55,775 bases of DNA from assembly GCA_027623095.1 (NCBI GenBank), contig JAQBVM010000003.1:1-55775 (forward strand), given 5' to 3'. Numbering within the stretch: position 1 is the stretch's first letter; every line of letters starts with the position of its first letter. Shown here one piece after another: positions 47,972 to 55,775 of the stretch. Position numbers and translations under genes: made by a program. Below the pieces are notes generated by a model. The model was not told where the DNA came from. It saw only the letters and a list, made by a program, of their open reading frames with translations, and ran no database searches. Source of the DNA: Verrucomicrobiota bacterium (lineage in GTDB: Bacteria > Verrucomicrobiota > Verrucomicrobiia > Limisphaerales > SIBE01).

Positions 47972-50515
47972 TCAACGTTGCACCCGCAAAACGATCCGAA
48001 ATCCCATGGCCTCGATGAGGCCCACAGGAACATAATTTTGTTTCAAATTCCAGTTGTGGCCGCTCGTCAGTTCCCCGAACGGACCTCCTCCCATGAACTG
48101 GTTCAAATATGCATGTCCAACACTATCTGTCGGAACCCTGCCGCCGTAGTCGTAGATCCCTAGCATCCATTCCCAAGCGTTACCCTCAAAATCAAATAGG
48201 CCGAGCGCGTTCGGCCGGGAATTTGCCACGGATTGAATAAAAGTTTCTCGTCGTAATCCCGGGTCGCCATAGTGCCCGCCGCTCTTGTCGATAGGCGGCC
48301 AGTGCGTACCCCAAGCATAGACTCCTTTCCAGCCAGGGATTGTCATGGCACCTGCCGATCTTGATAATCGCCTAGAAAGAGCCCTCTCGATCTCGTCCCA
48401 GTCTTCTTCACTACAGAGGTCGTAATTCCAAGTCCGTTCCATTTCTCCTGTCCACCACTCTGCTGACGCCAGCCAACCGTTGAAATGGACCGCGTCCGGA
48501 AAAGAAATACCGACCGCGGGATGGGTGGGGCTGGGGGTGACTTTCAGGTGTTTCCACCAGTTGGGATCGGGATGCTGATTCCATTCATCTGCTCGGCGAA
48601 CGAAGACGTCGAAGTCGATCACTCGTGTTTCCCAAATGCTCACCCAGAGACTCGGGCTGACGCGAACGAAACGCATTCCCAGACTATTGGTCCTGAGTTC
48701 GGCGTCTGGCACAGACGTTTCGAGAAACTGATCGGTCCGTCGATGGAGGTCATCCAGGTCTGATTTCCATCGGGAATAGATCTCTTTCGCTTGTTGGTAG
48801 TTGATTCCGGCCAGCGCATACGATTGGCGGATCAACGCTGATTCAGCAGATTTGACGAGGCTGTCTGGGTTCCCATCGAATTTGAGTGTGGGTATTGAAT
48901 CCGCCCTAAACGACGAATCCCAAGCCGCCTTCGAGGCCTGTGCATCTGCCCTCGACGAGGTTGCCACCGCAGCTCCATGCTGCGCGAGCCGATTGTTCAA
49001 GGCGTTCAACAAATCGACCCCCAGTGAATATTGACCTTTGGCAACCGCTTGTCGTGCTTGATTGAGCACGTCATTCGGCGCTGGTAAGTCGTCGGACGGA
49101 ATCAGTCCAGCAGCGGACTGTGCAAGAAACTGGGTGGATTCTTTGGCCTTCCGTTCGGCCACGATGAACTTCTGGAGCTGATCTGTGTTGGAATCAAGTT
49201 GCTCTAATTTGATTTGCGCACTCTGAAATGCCCTCAAGGCATGCTCTTCCTTGTTCTGCTCCAGTAATAATTCGTGCCCGCTTCGCATTTTTTGATCGAT
49301 CTCACTCCAAAGCTCGGAGTCCAAACTGCCCTCGAGCTTTGCGTCGTCACTCAGGTTGGCATTGAGAAATTCAGCGTAATTCTTCGCAGCGACCTGCTTG
49401 TTTTTCAGGAGGATCTCAGCGAGGTTGCGCGCCTCGATCCGGGTGGCATCCAGGCGAATCCCCGCCTGTCGCCAGGAGGCGATCAGTCGTTCAGTTGAGA
49501 AGAACAGCAGCATGGCGACCGTCATGATCGATGCCACCGCCAAAGCGACTCCCTTTTTAGACTTGGGCATCCATCGGAGCGGTTCGCCGTCGGTGCGAAT
49601 TGCCGCCGCAAACGTCCGCATATCCGGAAATCGCTCATCCGGATGTGCGGACAAAGCGCGGTGAATGGCTCGGGAAAGCCCCTCTGGAACCTCGGCGCGC
49701 AGTTTTCGGACTGAATTCGCCATTCCGGCGACGATTTCTCCGGTGAGAAGCTCGTAAAAGAGGACGGCTGTCGAGTATTGATCGGCGCGCGCATCAACTT
49801 TGCCGAGGCCTCGGAGTTGTTCCGGGGCCATAAAATAAGGAGTTCCGAGGCTCACGCCCGAACGGGTGAGTCCGGCATGCGAACGTTCCCGATCCAGCAG
49901 CAATCCCGCGAGACCAAAATCCATCAACTTGAGAGTTCCGTCGGGCTGGATCCAGACGTTCTCGGGCTTCACATCGCGATGGACCGTGAAGTGATGCGCG
50001 TACTCGAGCGCATCGCAGAGTTGAAGAACGAGTCGTTTCGCTTCCTCGATCGAGAATCGATGCCCCTCTTTGCGCCGCTCACGGATAACCTGGCGCAGCG
50101 TCTTGCCGGCCAGCAGTTCCATGGTCAAGAACGCTATTTCACCATCGCGCTGAAATCCATATACATTGACGATATTTGGGTGGCTCAGATCGCTGGTGAT
50201 TTGCGCTTCGCGGCGGAACTGCTCCTGGGCTTTGGCATCGGAAAGGAGGTTCGCCGCGAGGACCTTGATCGCGATTTCATGATTCCGCTGCCGGTCGTAA
50301 GCGGAATAGACGACGCCCATGCCGCCCATGCCAATCTTTTGATGCACCTCATAACGGTCCGAGAAAACAGCCCCTTCCCAGTCCGATCCCGACCACGGAT
50401 CATTCGAGGATCCGCGTTGAGACCCTTCGGAGTTTCTCGTCCAATCCGATTCTTGGATGACGCCGGAGAGGAGGGCGCCTCCGTTCTTCGGGTTGATAGG
50501 GTGGTCGGAGCTCAT
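47972..50515 (-). CDS. Ser/Thr protein kinase - TM - helical region - FGE/SUMF1 domain
   Basis: GMGGMG, IAIK, HRDVKPEN, DFG, GTPYFMAPE; TM GVALAVASIMTVAMLLFF; NSLGMRFV, WETRV, GLFDFEGNAWEW, GFRIV; start MSSDHP at 50515. Confidence 0.92.
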   Translation of the reverse strand: MSSDHPINPKNGGALLSGVIQESDWTRNSEGSQRGSSNDPWSGSDWEGAVFSDRYEVHQKIGMGGMGVVYSAYDRQRNHEIAIKVLAANLLSDAKAQEQFRREAQITSDLSHPNIVNVYGFQRDGEIAFLTMELLAGKTLRQVIRERRKEGHRFSIEEAKRLVLQLCDALEYAHHFTVHRDVKPENVWIQPDGTLKLMDFGLAGLLLDRERSHAGLTRSGVSLGTPYFMAPEQLRGLGKVDARADQYSTAVLFYELLTGEIVAGMANSVRKLRAEVPEGLSRAIHRALSAHPDERFPDMRTFAAAIRTDGEPLRWMPKSKKGVALAVASIMTVAMLLFFSTERLIASWRQAGIRLDATRIEARNLAEILLKNKQVAAKNYAEFLNANLSDDAKLEGSLDSELWSEIDQKMRSGHELLLEQNKEEHALRAFQSAQIKLEQLDSNTDQLQKFIVAERKAKESTQFLAQSAAGLIPSDDLPAPNDVLNQARQAVAKGQYSLGVDLLNALNNRLAQHGAAVATSSRADAQASKAAWDSSFRADSIPTLKFDGNPDSLVKSAESALIRQSYALAGINYQQAKEIYSRWKSDLDDLHRRTDQFLETSVPDAELRTNSLGMRFVRVSPSLWVSIWETRVIDFDVFVRRADEWNQHPDPNWWKHLKVTPSPTHPAVGISFPDAVHFNGWLASAEWWTGEMERTWNYDLCSEEDWDEIERALSRRLSRSAGAMTIPGWKGVYAWGTHWPPIDKSGGHYGDPGLRRETFIQSVANSRPNALGLFDFEGNAWEWMLGIYDYGGRVPTDSVGHAYLNQFMGGGPFGELTSGHNWNLKQNYVPVGLIEAMGFRIVLRVQR

Positions 50516-50540
50516 GGTCACAGAAGGGCTGTTTTGATGG

Positions 50541-53198
50541 TTATGGCTCCGGAGCGGACAACACGACTCGAAACCCAATGTCCCGAGACCATTCACCCAA
50601 ATCTCCCCGATAAGAGGATGTGATGTGGTCACGCGACGCAGTGAAATATCCGCCACCGCGAATGACCCACCCGCTGTCTTCAAGCGAGAAAGGATCATAG
50701 GGGTCCTGGCACCATTCCCAGACGTTGCCACCCATGTCGTAAAGGTGGTAGGGTCCCGTTGGCGGAAACCCTCCGACTGGCGAGGTGTAAAAGTAATAAT
50801 CATAGCCATCAGTCATATACCAGTAATTGGCTTCATTTCGTTTGGGCGGATAGTGGGTGCCGTAAGGGAAAACATTGGGGATGCGGCCGCTTCGTTCCTT
50901 GGGCGTCGCGCCATCTTCCAGAGGCAATCCCACCGCCCGGCTCCACTCCAGATCTGTCGGCAGGCGGTACATTGCGTTCGTTATCACTCCTGCTTCCAGT
51001 TCCTTCGTGGTGAGCCATCGGCAGAAAGCCACCGCATCATTCCACGGCACCCACACGACGGGATGGGTGGGGCCTTGAGTGAAGTTGCCCTCCAGTTCGA
51101 GGGTTCTCCATTTATGGTCGGCGTCGTATCCCGCCGTTTCCGCGAAAATATCGTAATCCATCACCCTTGTTTCCCAGATGCTGATCCTCAGTCCTGGTCC
51201 GAGCGGAACAAACCGCATTCCGAGCGAGTTCTTCCAGGTCTCCAATTCCGGAGTTGGCAAGGCTTTGACATCTTTGGTCCAACTCAAATAAAGCAATCGC
51301 GCTTCGTCCAGTTTTGCGTACGCTTCAAACCAAACGCGCGCGTTGATCGCCGCGCCCGCATCCTGGATTGCCCTGTTCGGATTGCCCAAATGTTCAAGTC
51401 TGGGCGCCTCTTGGTTTGCGAAAAGGCCGAGCCAGTCTTCGCGAGAGCGGATCGCGGCCTTTCGGAGAGAATCAACGATTTCTTCGGACAACCCGCTCCA
51501 ACCCTGACTGGAGGCTTCGAATTCGGAACGGGCCAAAGCCATGTCGCCAGCAGTTAGAGTTTCCAGGGCTTTGTCCAGGCGAGCTGCAGTGTCCAGAGCG
51601 CCGCTCGATTCGGTCGCGCCACTGAGTCTGCCCAGACTCAGATACTCGATTTTTCGGTTCAATGCGGTTTGCAAAGCAGTTGCGGTCAGATTTGCCTCGG
51701 TGACTTTGGCTCGCAATAAACGATACTTTTCCGCCGCCGCTTGAAAGGCCTTTAAAGCTTCATGGAATCGCCCCTCGTCGAATCGGTTCTGTGCGCGTCC
51801 GATTGTCGAGTTTGCCTCGATCAGAGAATCCGCATTTAGAACGTGCCGGTTCAATATTTGCAGTGATCGCCAATGACTCTCCTGCTGGACCAGCAAACCT
51901 GCGACGTGTTCCTGGACTTTTCGGGGTATCGTGTCGATTAAGAAGTCGGGCAGGGGCGTGTTCGTGATTTGGAGGCCGTAGAGCATTTTGATGAGCCTGG
52001 GCCGAAGATCACTCCAGACAGAATCCTTGGCAAACCGGTCGAGTGGCCCTGAAAATCGATTTGTTCCGAGCGCTGATGTGAATAGGACTCTTTCGGAATC
52101 GGTTTTTCGCCCCAATTCCTCGGCTGCGGCGAAGAGGGACAGGCAGTCGCTGAAGAATCCCGCGCTCGCAACCATTGCGGCATCACGGGCCTCTTCGGCC
52201 CGCAGTTCCCAGTTTGGACCGCTCCAGGAAGAGACAGTCTCCTGCGTCCAGCGACTGACAGCGTTATCGGTGAGAAGCGCGGTCGAGCCGATTCCAGCGA
52301 ATACGGCGATCGCAGCGGCCACGAACGTGAGGCGTGCGTGCCGACGGAAGAAGCTCGGCTGAAGACTTATCGCAAGATCGTGCATGAACTCGCGGATCGA
52401 CGGATACCTGCGGTCTGGATCCGGTGCGAGTGCTTTGGCAAGCACCACAGAAACCCGTGGATAAATTTCCGACCGAAGCGCCGAGGCCGGTTTCGGAATT
52501 CCCAGCGGCAGTTCGCCAGTCAACACTTCGTAAAGCACAACGGCCAGGGCGTATTGATCGCCGCGTGCGTCCATCTCCTTCTCCTCGTCAATCAACTCCG
52601 GGGGGAGGTAATAGGCGGTTCCGCTCGCAACGGTTGTCATCGTTGTTTGGCGCCGGGTCAAGCAATGCGCAAGGGCGAAATCTGTGATTTTGTAACTGCC
52701 CATTTCCAGGATCCAAACCGCTTCCGGTTTCAGTGATCGATGAAGCGTTATCCGATGCGCATACTCCAGCGCGCGGCCCATCGATTCGGCCAGCACCTTC
52801 ACTTCAGCCAATTCGAACACGCGTCCGGACGCCTTTCGTTCCTCCATTTCCTGACGAAGGGTTTTGCCTTTCAGGAGTTCCATTGAGAGAAAGAGCAAGC
52901 CGGTCTCGCGATGGATGTCATACACATTGACAATCTCCGGATGCCTGAGATCGCACGCGACCTTGGCTGCTTCCAGAAAAAGCGCTTCGGCTTTAGGATC
53001 CTTTAAGAGGATGGGGTGAATGACTTTGAGGCAGATGTCTTGCTCGCGGTTCCGATCATAGGCCGCAAAACAGATCCCCACCGAACCCAATCCCAATTCT
53101 TTGCGGATTTCGAAACGGTTAGCCAACACATCTCCAATACGAATCGGAGAATCGAGAGCAATCGAGTGGGGGCTCTCTTCGTTTTTCTCAGGAGACAT
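50541..53198 (-). CDS. Predicted pseudokinase - TM - helical region - FGE/SUMF1 domain
   Basis: GLGSVG, ICLK, HRSLKPEA, DFA, GTAYYLPPE; TM LTFVAAAIAVFAGIGSTALL; NSLGMRFV, YRLPTDLEW, LYDMGGNVWEW, RGG, GFRVV. Confidence 0.9.
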   Translation of the reverse strand: MSPEKNEESPHSIALDSPIRIGDVLANRFEIRKELGLGSVGICFAAYDRNREQDICLKVIHPILLKDPKAEALFLEAAKVACDLRHPEIVNVYDIHRETGLLFLSMELLKGKTLRQEMEERKASGRVFELAEVKVLAESMGRALEYAHRITLHRSLKPEAVWILEMGSYKITDFALAHCLTRRQTTMTTVASGTAYYLPPELIDEEKEMDARGDQYALAVVLYEVLTGELPLGIPKPASALRSEIYPRVSVVLAKALAPDPDRRYPSIREFMHDLAISLQPSFFRRHARLTFVAAAIAVFAGIGSTALLTDNAVSRWTQETVSSWSGPNWELRAEEARDAAMVASAGFFSDCLSLFAAAEELGRKTDSERVLFTSALGTNRFSGPLDRFAKDSVWSDLRPRLIKMLYGLQITNTPLPDFLIDTIPRKVQEHVAGLLVQQESHWRSLQILNRHVLNADSLIEANSTIGRAQNRFDEGRFHEALKAFQAAAEKYRLLRAKVTEANLTATALQTALNRKIEYLSLGRLSGATESSGALDTAARLDKALETLTAGDMALARSEFEASSQGWSGLSEEIVDSLRKAAIRSREDWLGLFANQEAPRLEHLGNPNRAIQDAGAAINARVWFEAYAKLDEARLLYLSWTKDVKALPTPELETWKNSLGMRFVPLGPGLRISIWETRVMDYDIFAETAGYDADHKWRTLELEGNFTQGPTHPVVWVPWNDAVAFCRWLTTKELEAGVITNAMYRLPTDLEWSRAVGLPLEDGATPKERSGRIPNVFPYGTHYPPKRNEANYWYMTDGYDYYFYTSPVGGFPPTGPYHLYDMGGNVWEWCQDPYDPFSLEDSGWVIRGGGYFTASRDHITSSYRGDLGEWSRDIGFRVVLSAPEP

Positions 53199-53377
53199 GG
53201 CGGATCCCAAACGGCGCCACGGCTCTTACGGACGCCTATCCGCTTGGTGATGAAGAACGAGTACAGCGGGTGATCCCTTTGTCAAGGTCGAGAAAATGGA
53301 ATTCTCCGGTCTTTTCTTATCGGCGAGGCGCTTGCCAGGCGCGGTGGGAAAGTGAATCGAGATCTTGAGCCAATGAT

Positions 53378-53607
53378 GGTGGGGCGACACTGCTTTTCGC
53401 GAAGCGCACATCTCATGTGGGCGCCCAACTTGCAGGGCTTGGGAAGCCAGTCTGCGGAGCTCTGATCCAACCGTTGAGGGGTCACACCGAGGAAGAAGGC
53501 GCAATGGAAACAACCGATATCCGGGAACGCTCCGTTTCCACAACCCCATTCCATGCAGGCTGGACACTCCGAGGGGAAGTCAGGGCTCAAGAGACTTTCG
53601 CCCCACC
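53378..53607. repeat. Family B REPIN with the same 60-bp left-arm insert and a longer spacer
   Basis: First ~90 bp nearly identical to 25491-25579; ends GTCAGGGCTCAAGAGACTTTCGCCCCACC. Confidence 0.88.
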
Positions 53608-53711
53608 TTGGGTGGTCGAAGGTCTGTTGTTCCTCGCTCGCCAATACTCGCGTGCAAGCCGGGAATTAGAGGAAGGGCTTTGTTATCTGATTCCCTTCAC
53701 TAAACCACGCC

Positions 53712-55079
53712 CTAAGAATTTGCGGAGTGAATCGTTGCTTCAATTGCCGCTATCTTGGCTTTCACCGCATTGAGCGTCGAATCGAGATCGGATGTTGCGT
53801 CGGCCAAACCTTTCACACTTTGCTGAAGTTCCGAGTTTAAGGTTCGATAGGATTCTATTTGCCTGTCAGCAGCGGCCAGTCGGTCCTTTAAGGCTTTGTT
53901 TGCCCGAAGCGCGTCTTCCAATTCTTCGATTACAGCTTTCAGTCGAGACTCGAGATCCAAGATTCTGGGTTCAGAAGGGCTTTCTACTGCCGGAGGTTGT
54001 GTCCTCGGTTCGAATTGGTTGTCGCCTGTGAATTGCCCAAGCATCAACTCGTTTGGACGAGGTGAATTTGTCTTGATCACGTTCGCTTCAACGACCGTTT
54101 TTGCGTTGTTCTCGAGTCGCACAGCGAATTGAAGCGAGATTCCCGGCACAACCGTGTTGATAAACGGATCTCCAATATCAATCGTGTTGCGTCTGATTGC
54201 CACGCCGTTTGAGGCTCCGGAGAGATTTATTCCCTCGGCGCAGTTCACGATTCGATTAGCTTCTATTGCCGATGAATAGAGTGAGCCGGTGTCAAAGTTA
54301 AACGCGCATTTGGAGTTCACAACTTGATTGGATTCGAAGAGCGTTCGCTCGGCATCGGCGCAGCCGAGCCCGATTCCGCCAGGCACTTCGATAATGTTGT
54401 CGTGAATGTGTGCGGCTTGACTCGTGCGTGTTCCAATCGGGAATCGATCCCCGTTTTGCGTTCCCTGGTTCGTCTGGCTGAAGATCGCCGTGCAATATCC
54501 TCCCGAGACAAAATGAGGCTTCTCCACCCGGCAATGAGCAATCTCAACACACGGGATCGGCAGGTTTTCACTTTCTTTCTCTCCTCGATACGTGTCCAGG
54601 CGCAGCGGAAAGACCTCATTGTACTCATCGCCGTTTTTGCCGTCTGCGCCGAAGTCCACGACCGCACATCGTTCCACCTTACCCTGCCAGCACCTAAGCG
54701 CGAAAGCACCGAGCTTGAAATTGCCGTTGGTGGCCCGCCGTTTGTTCTCCCAAAGATTCCAATTGCAATTCAGCGTCAATCCGAAAGCGTAGAATAGCAT
54801 CATGTGGCTGTTGCGATAGAGCATCTGCGGCACGTGAAAATTCGACGGCTCGCGCGGCAGCAGATCAATGTAAACGCTCCCCGGCTCATCTGCGATCAGA
54901 GAGCAAGTTTCGGGGAGACTTACACCGTTGGTTTCGTACCGGCCTGGAGCCAGGCGATAGACGACTTTGTCAATTGTTGGGTGGATAACAAGATTGCCCG
55001 GCGTAAGTCGAATCACTCGACTCAGCTCCATCTCGGGATTCAAATGGTCTAATTCTTTCATATCGCTCCTTTCGTTCAT
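53712..55079 (-). CDS. Right-handed beta-helix-like protein with C-terminal coiled coil
   Basis: IHDNII, FESNQV, IEANRI, IRRNTI, VEANVI repeats; heptad-rich last ~85 aa; alternative start at 55061 after AGGAG. Confidence 0.7.
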   Translation of the reverse strand: MNERSDMKELDHLNPEMELSRVIRLTPGNLVIHPTIDKVVYRLAPGRYETNGVSLPETCSLIADEPGSVYIDLLPREPSNFHVPQMLYRNSHMMLFYAFGLTLNCNWNLWENKRRATNGNFKLGAFALRCWQGKVERCAVVDFGADGKNGDEYNEVFPLRLDTYRGEKESENLPIPCVEIAHCRVEKPHFVSGGYCTAIFSQTNQGTQNGDRFPIGTRTSQAAHIHDNIIEVPGGIGLGCADAERTLFESNQVVNSKCAFNFDTGSLYSSAIEANRIVNCAEGINLSGASNGVAIRRNTIDIGDPFINTVVPGISLQFAVRLENNAKTVVEANVIKTNSPRPNELMLGQFTGDNQFEPRTQPPAVESPSEPRILDLESRLKAVIEELEDALRANKALKDRLAAADRQIESYRTLNSELQQSVKGLADATSDLDSTLNAVKAKIAAIEATIHSANS

Positions 55080-55165
55080 TCCGCGTCTCCCGAGCTTACT
55101 TCAGGTACTGGATGATCTCTATTCTTTCTGACACAAACTTCCTCGTTGATCGGCTCCAACTTGCT

Positions 55166-55639
55166 TTACAAGCGAAACAGTTCCTCGAAGCTGCCGGGGC
55201 CATTCTCGAATTCTTCGAGAAACCTTCGATCGTCTCCCTCTTTGATGGGCATGTACTTTCCGGTCGCCGAGGCGAGGGCAGCTCCTTGGCAATCGCGAAT
55301 TGTGCCTTGCGCCTCGAAAATCCGATTGCGGCGGTTGTTCACAAGCTCTCCTTCGGCCCAAAGTTCCATCTCCGGCTCCACATGCCGAAGGTATCGAACA
55401 TTCAGTTCGACGCAGAAAGCGAATCGTTTACTACGAACGCCGATTGCCCAGACCATGATCTCATCCAGAATGGTGGCGGTGATCCCCCCATGAACAACTC
55501 CTTTGAAACCCACGTGTTCCGGCCGGGGAACATATCGGGCGCGAACAATCGTGCCATCGGTCTCAAACTCAAGCTTGAGTCCACTGGAATTGTCTTTGCC
55601 GCAAACAAAACAGGACCGAGTGCGGGGAAGTTTCTTCAT
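55166..55639 (-). CDS. PaaI family (hotdog) thioesterase
   Basis: CFVCGKDN..GLKL, GFKGVVHGGITATILDE, ELNVRYLR. Confidence 0.92.
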   Translation of the reverse strand: MKKLPRTRSCFVCGKDNSSGLKLEFETDGTIVRARYVPRPEHVGFKGVVHGGITATILDEIMVWAIGVRSKRFAFCVELNVRYLRHVEPEMELWAEGELVNNRRNRIFEAQGTIRDCQGAALASATGKYMPIKEGDDRRFLEEFENGPGSFEELFRL

Positions 55640-55733
55640 ACGGGCATAGACCTACCATGCACCCGCCGGAAAACTCAAGTGTCTCATATCGCGGCCGATC
55701 CGCTCTACATCGAACAGACCGTTACCTCGGCAA

Positions 55734-55760
55734 TGGGAGGGTGCGGCTCCCGCCGCCCCC
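55734..55760. repeat. Partial family C REP arm at the window edge
   Basis: TGGGAGGGTGCGGCTCCCGCC vs TGGGAGGGTGAGGCTCCCGCC at 7237. Confidence 0.6.
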
Positions 55761-55775
55761 TGGAGGGCGCATCTC

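Noticed and set aside
47660-50800. Diversity-generating retroelement (FGE/C-lectin-fold C-termini next to a retroelement-like RNA)
   Set aside because: No reverse transcriptase or Avd gene, and I found no template repeat differing from either C-terminus only at adenines; the RNA matches group II intron DV/DVI. A remote DGR cannot be excluded from this window alone.
55166-55639. PaaI thioesterase as part of a paa regulon with the PaaX-like gene
   Set aside because: 39 kb away, a generic hotdog-fold family, no other paa genes, and no copy of the palindrome in the 136 bp visible upstream.

Overview
A 55.8 kb bacterial chromosomal window. The gene families (duplicated orphan ABC permease, DUF1080, FG-GAP/ASPIC, PQQ-like propeller, kinase-SUMF1 fusions) and repeat types point to a Verrucomicrobiota/PVC-type genome; this is an inference and no database search was run. 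About 1-41 kb holds mostly secreted hydrolases, oxidoreductases and transporters plus tatD, uvrA and a Uma2 nuclease, and the intergenic spaces are full of nested REP/REPIN-like palindromes, two small MITEs with target-site duplications and gene remnants. About 41-43.8 kb is a decayed accessory patch around an intact VapBC pair. About 44-55 kb is a signalling/surface locus: collagen-like protein <- -> ECF sigma factor -> partner gene, a group II intron 3' remnant, then a tandem pseudokinase + active Ser/Thr kinase, each with a TM helix and an FGE/C-lectin-fold ectodomain. Best leads: (1) an orphan PaaX-like wHTH/Cas2-fold gene bracketed by two related long palindromes with compensatory changes; (2) the kinase/pseudokinase receptor pair beside an ECF with no recognisable anti-sigma; (3) a FliF/SctJ ring-building motif fused to a secretin-N-like domain outside any flagellar/T3SS cluster. 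I found no rRNA, tRNA, CRISPR array, reverse transcriptase or intact transposase. All family assignments come from motif recognition by eye.
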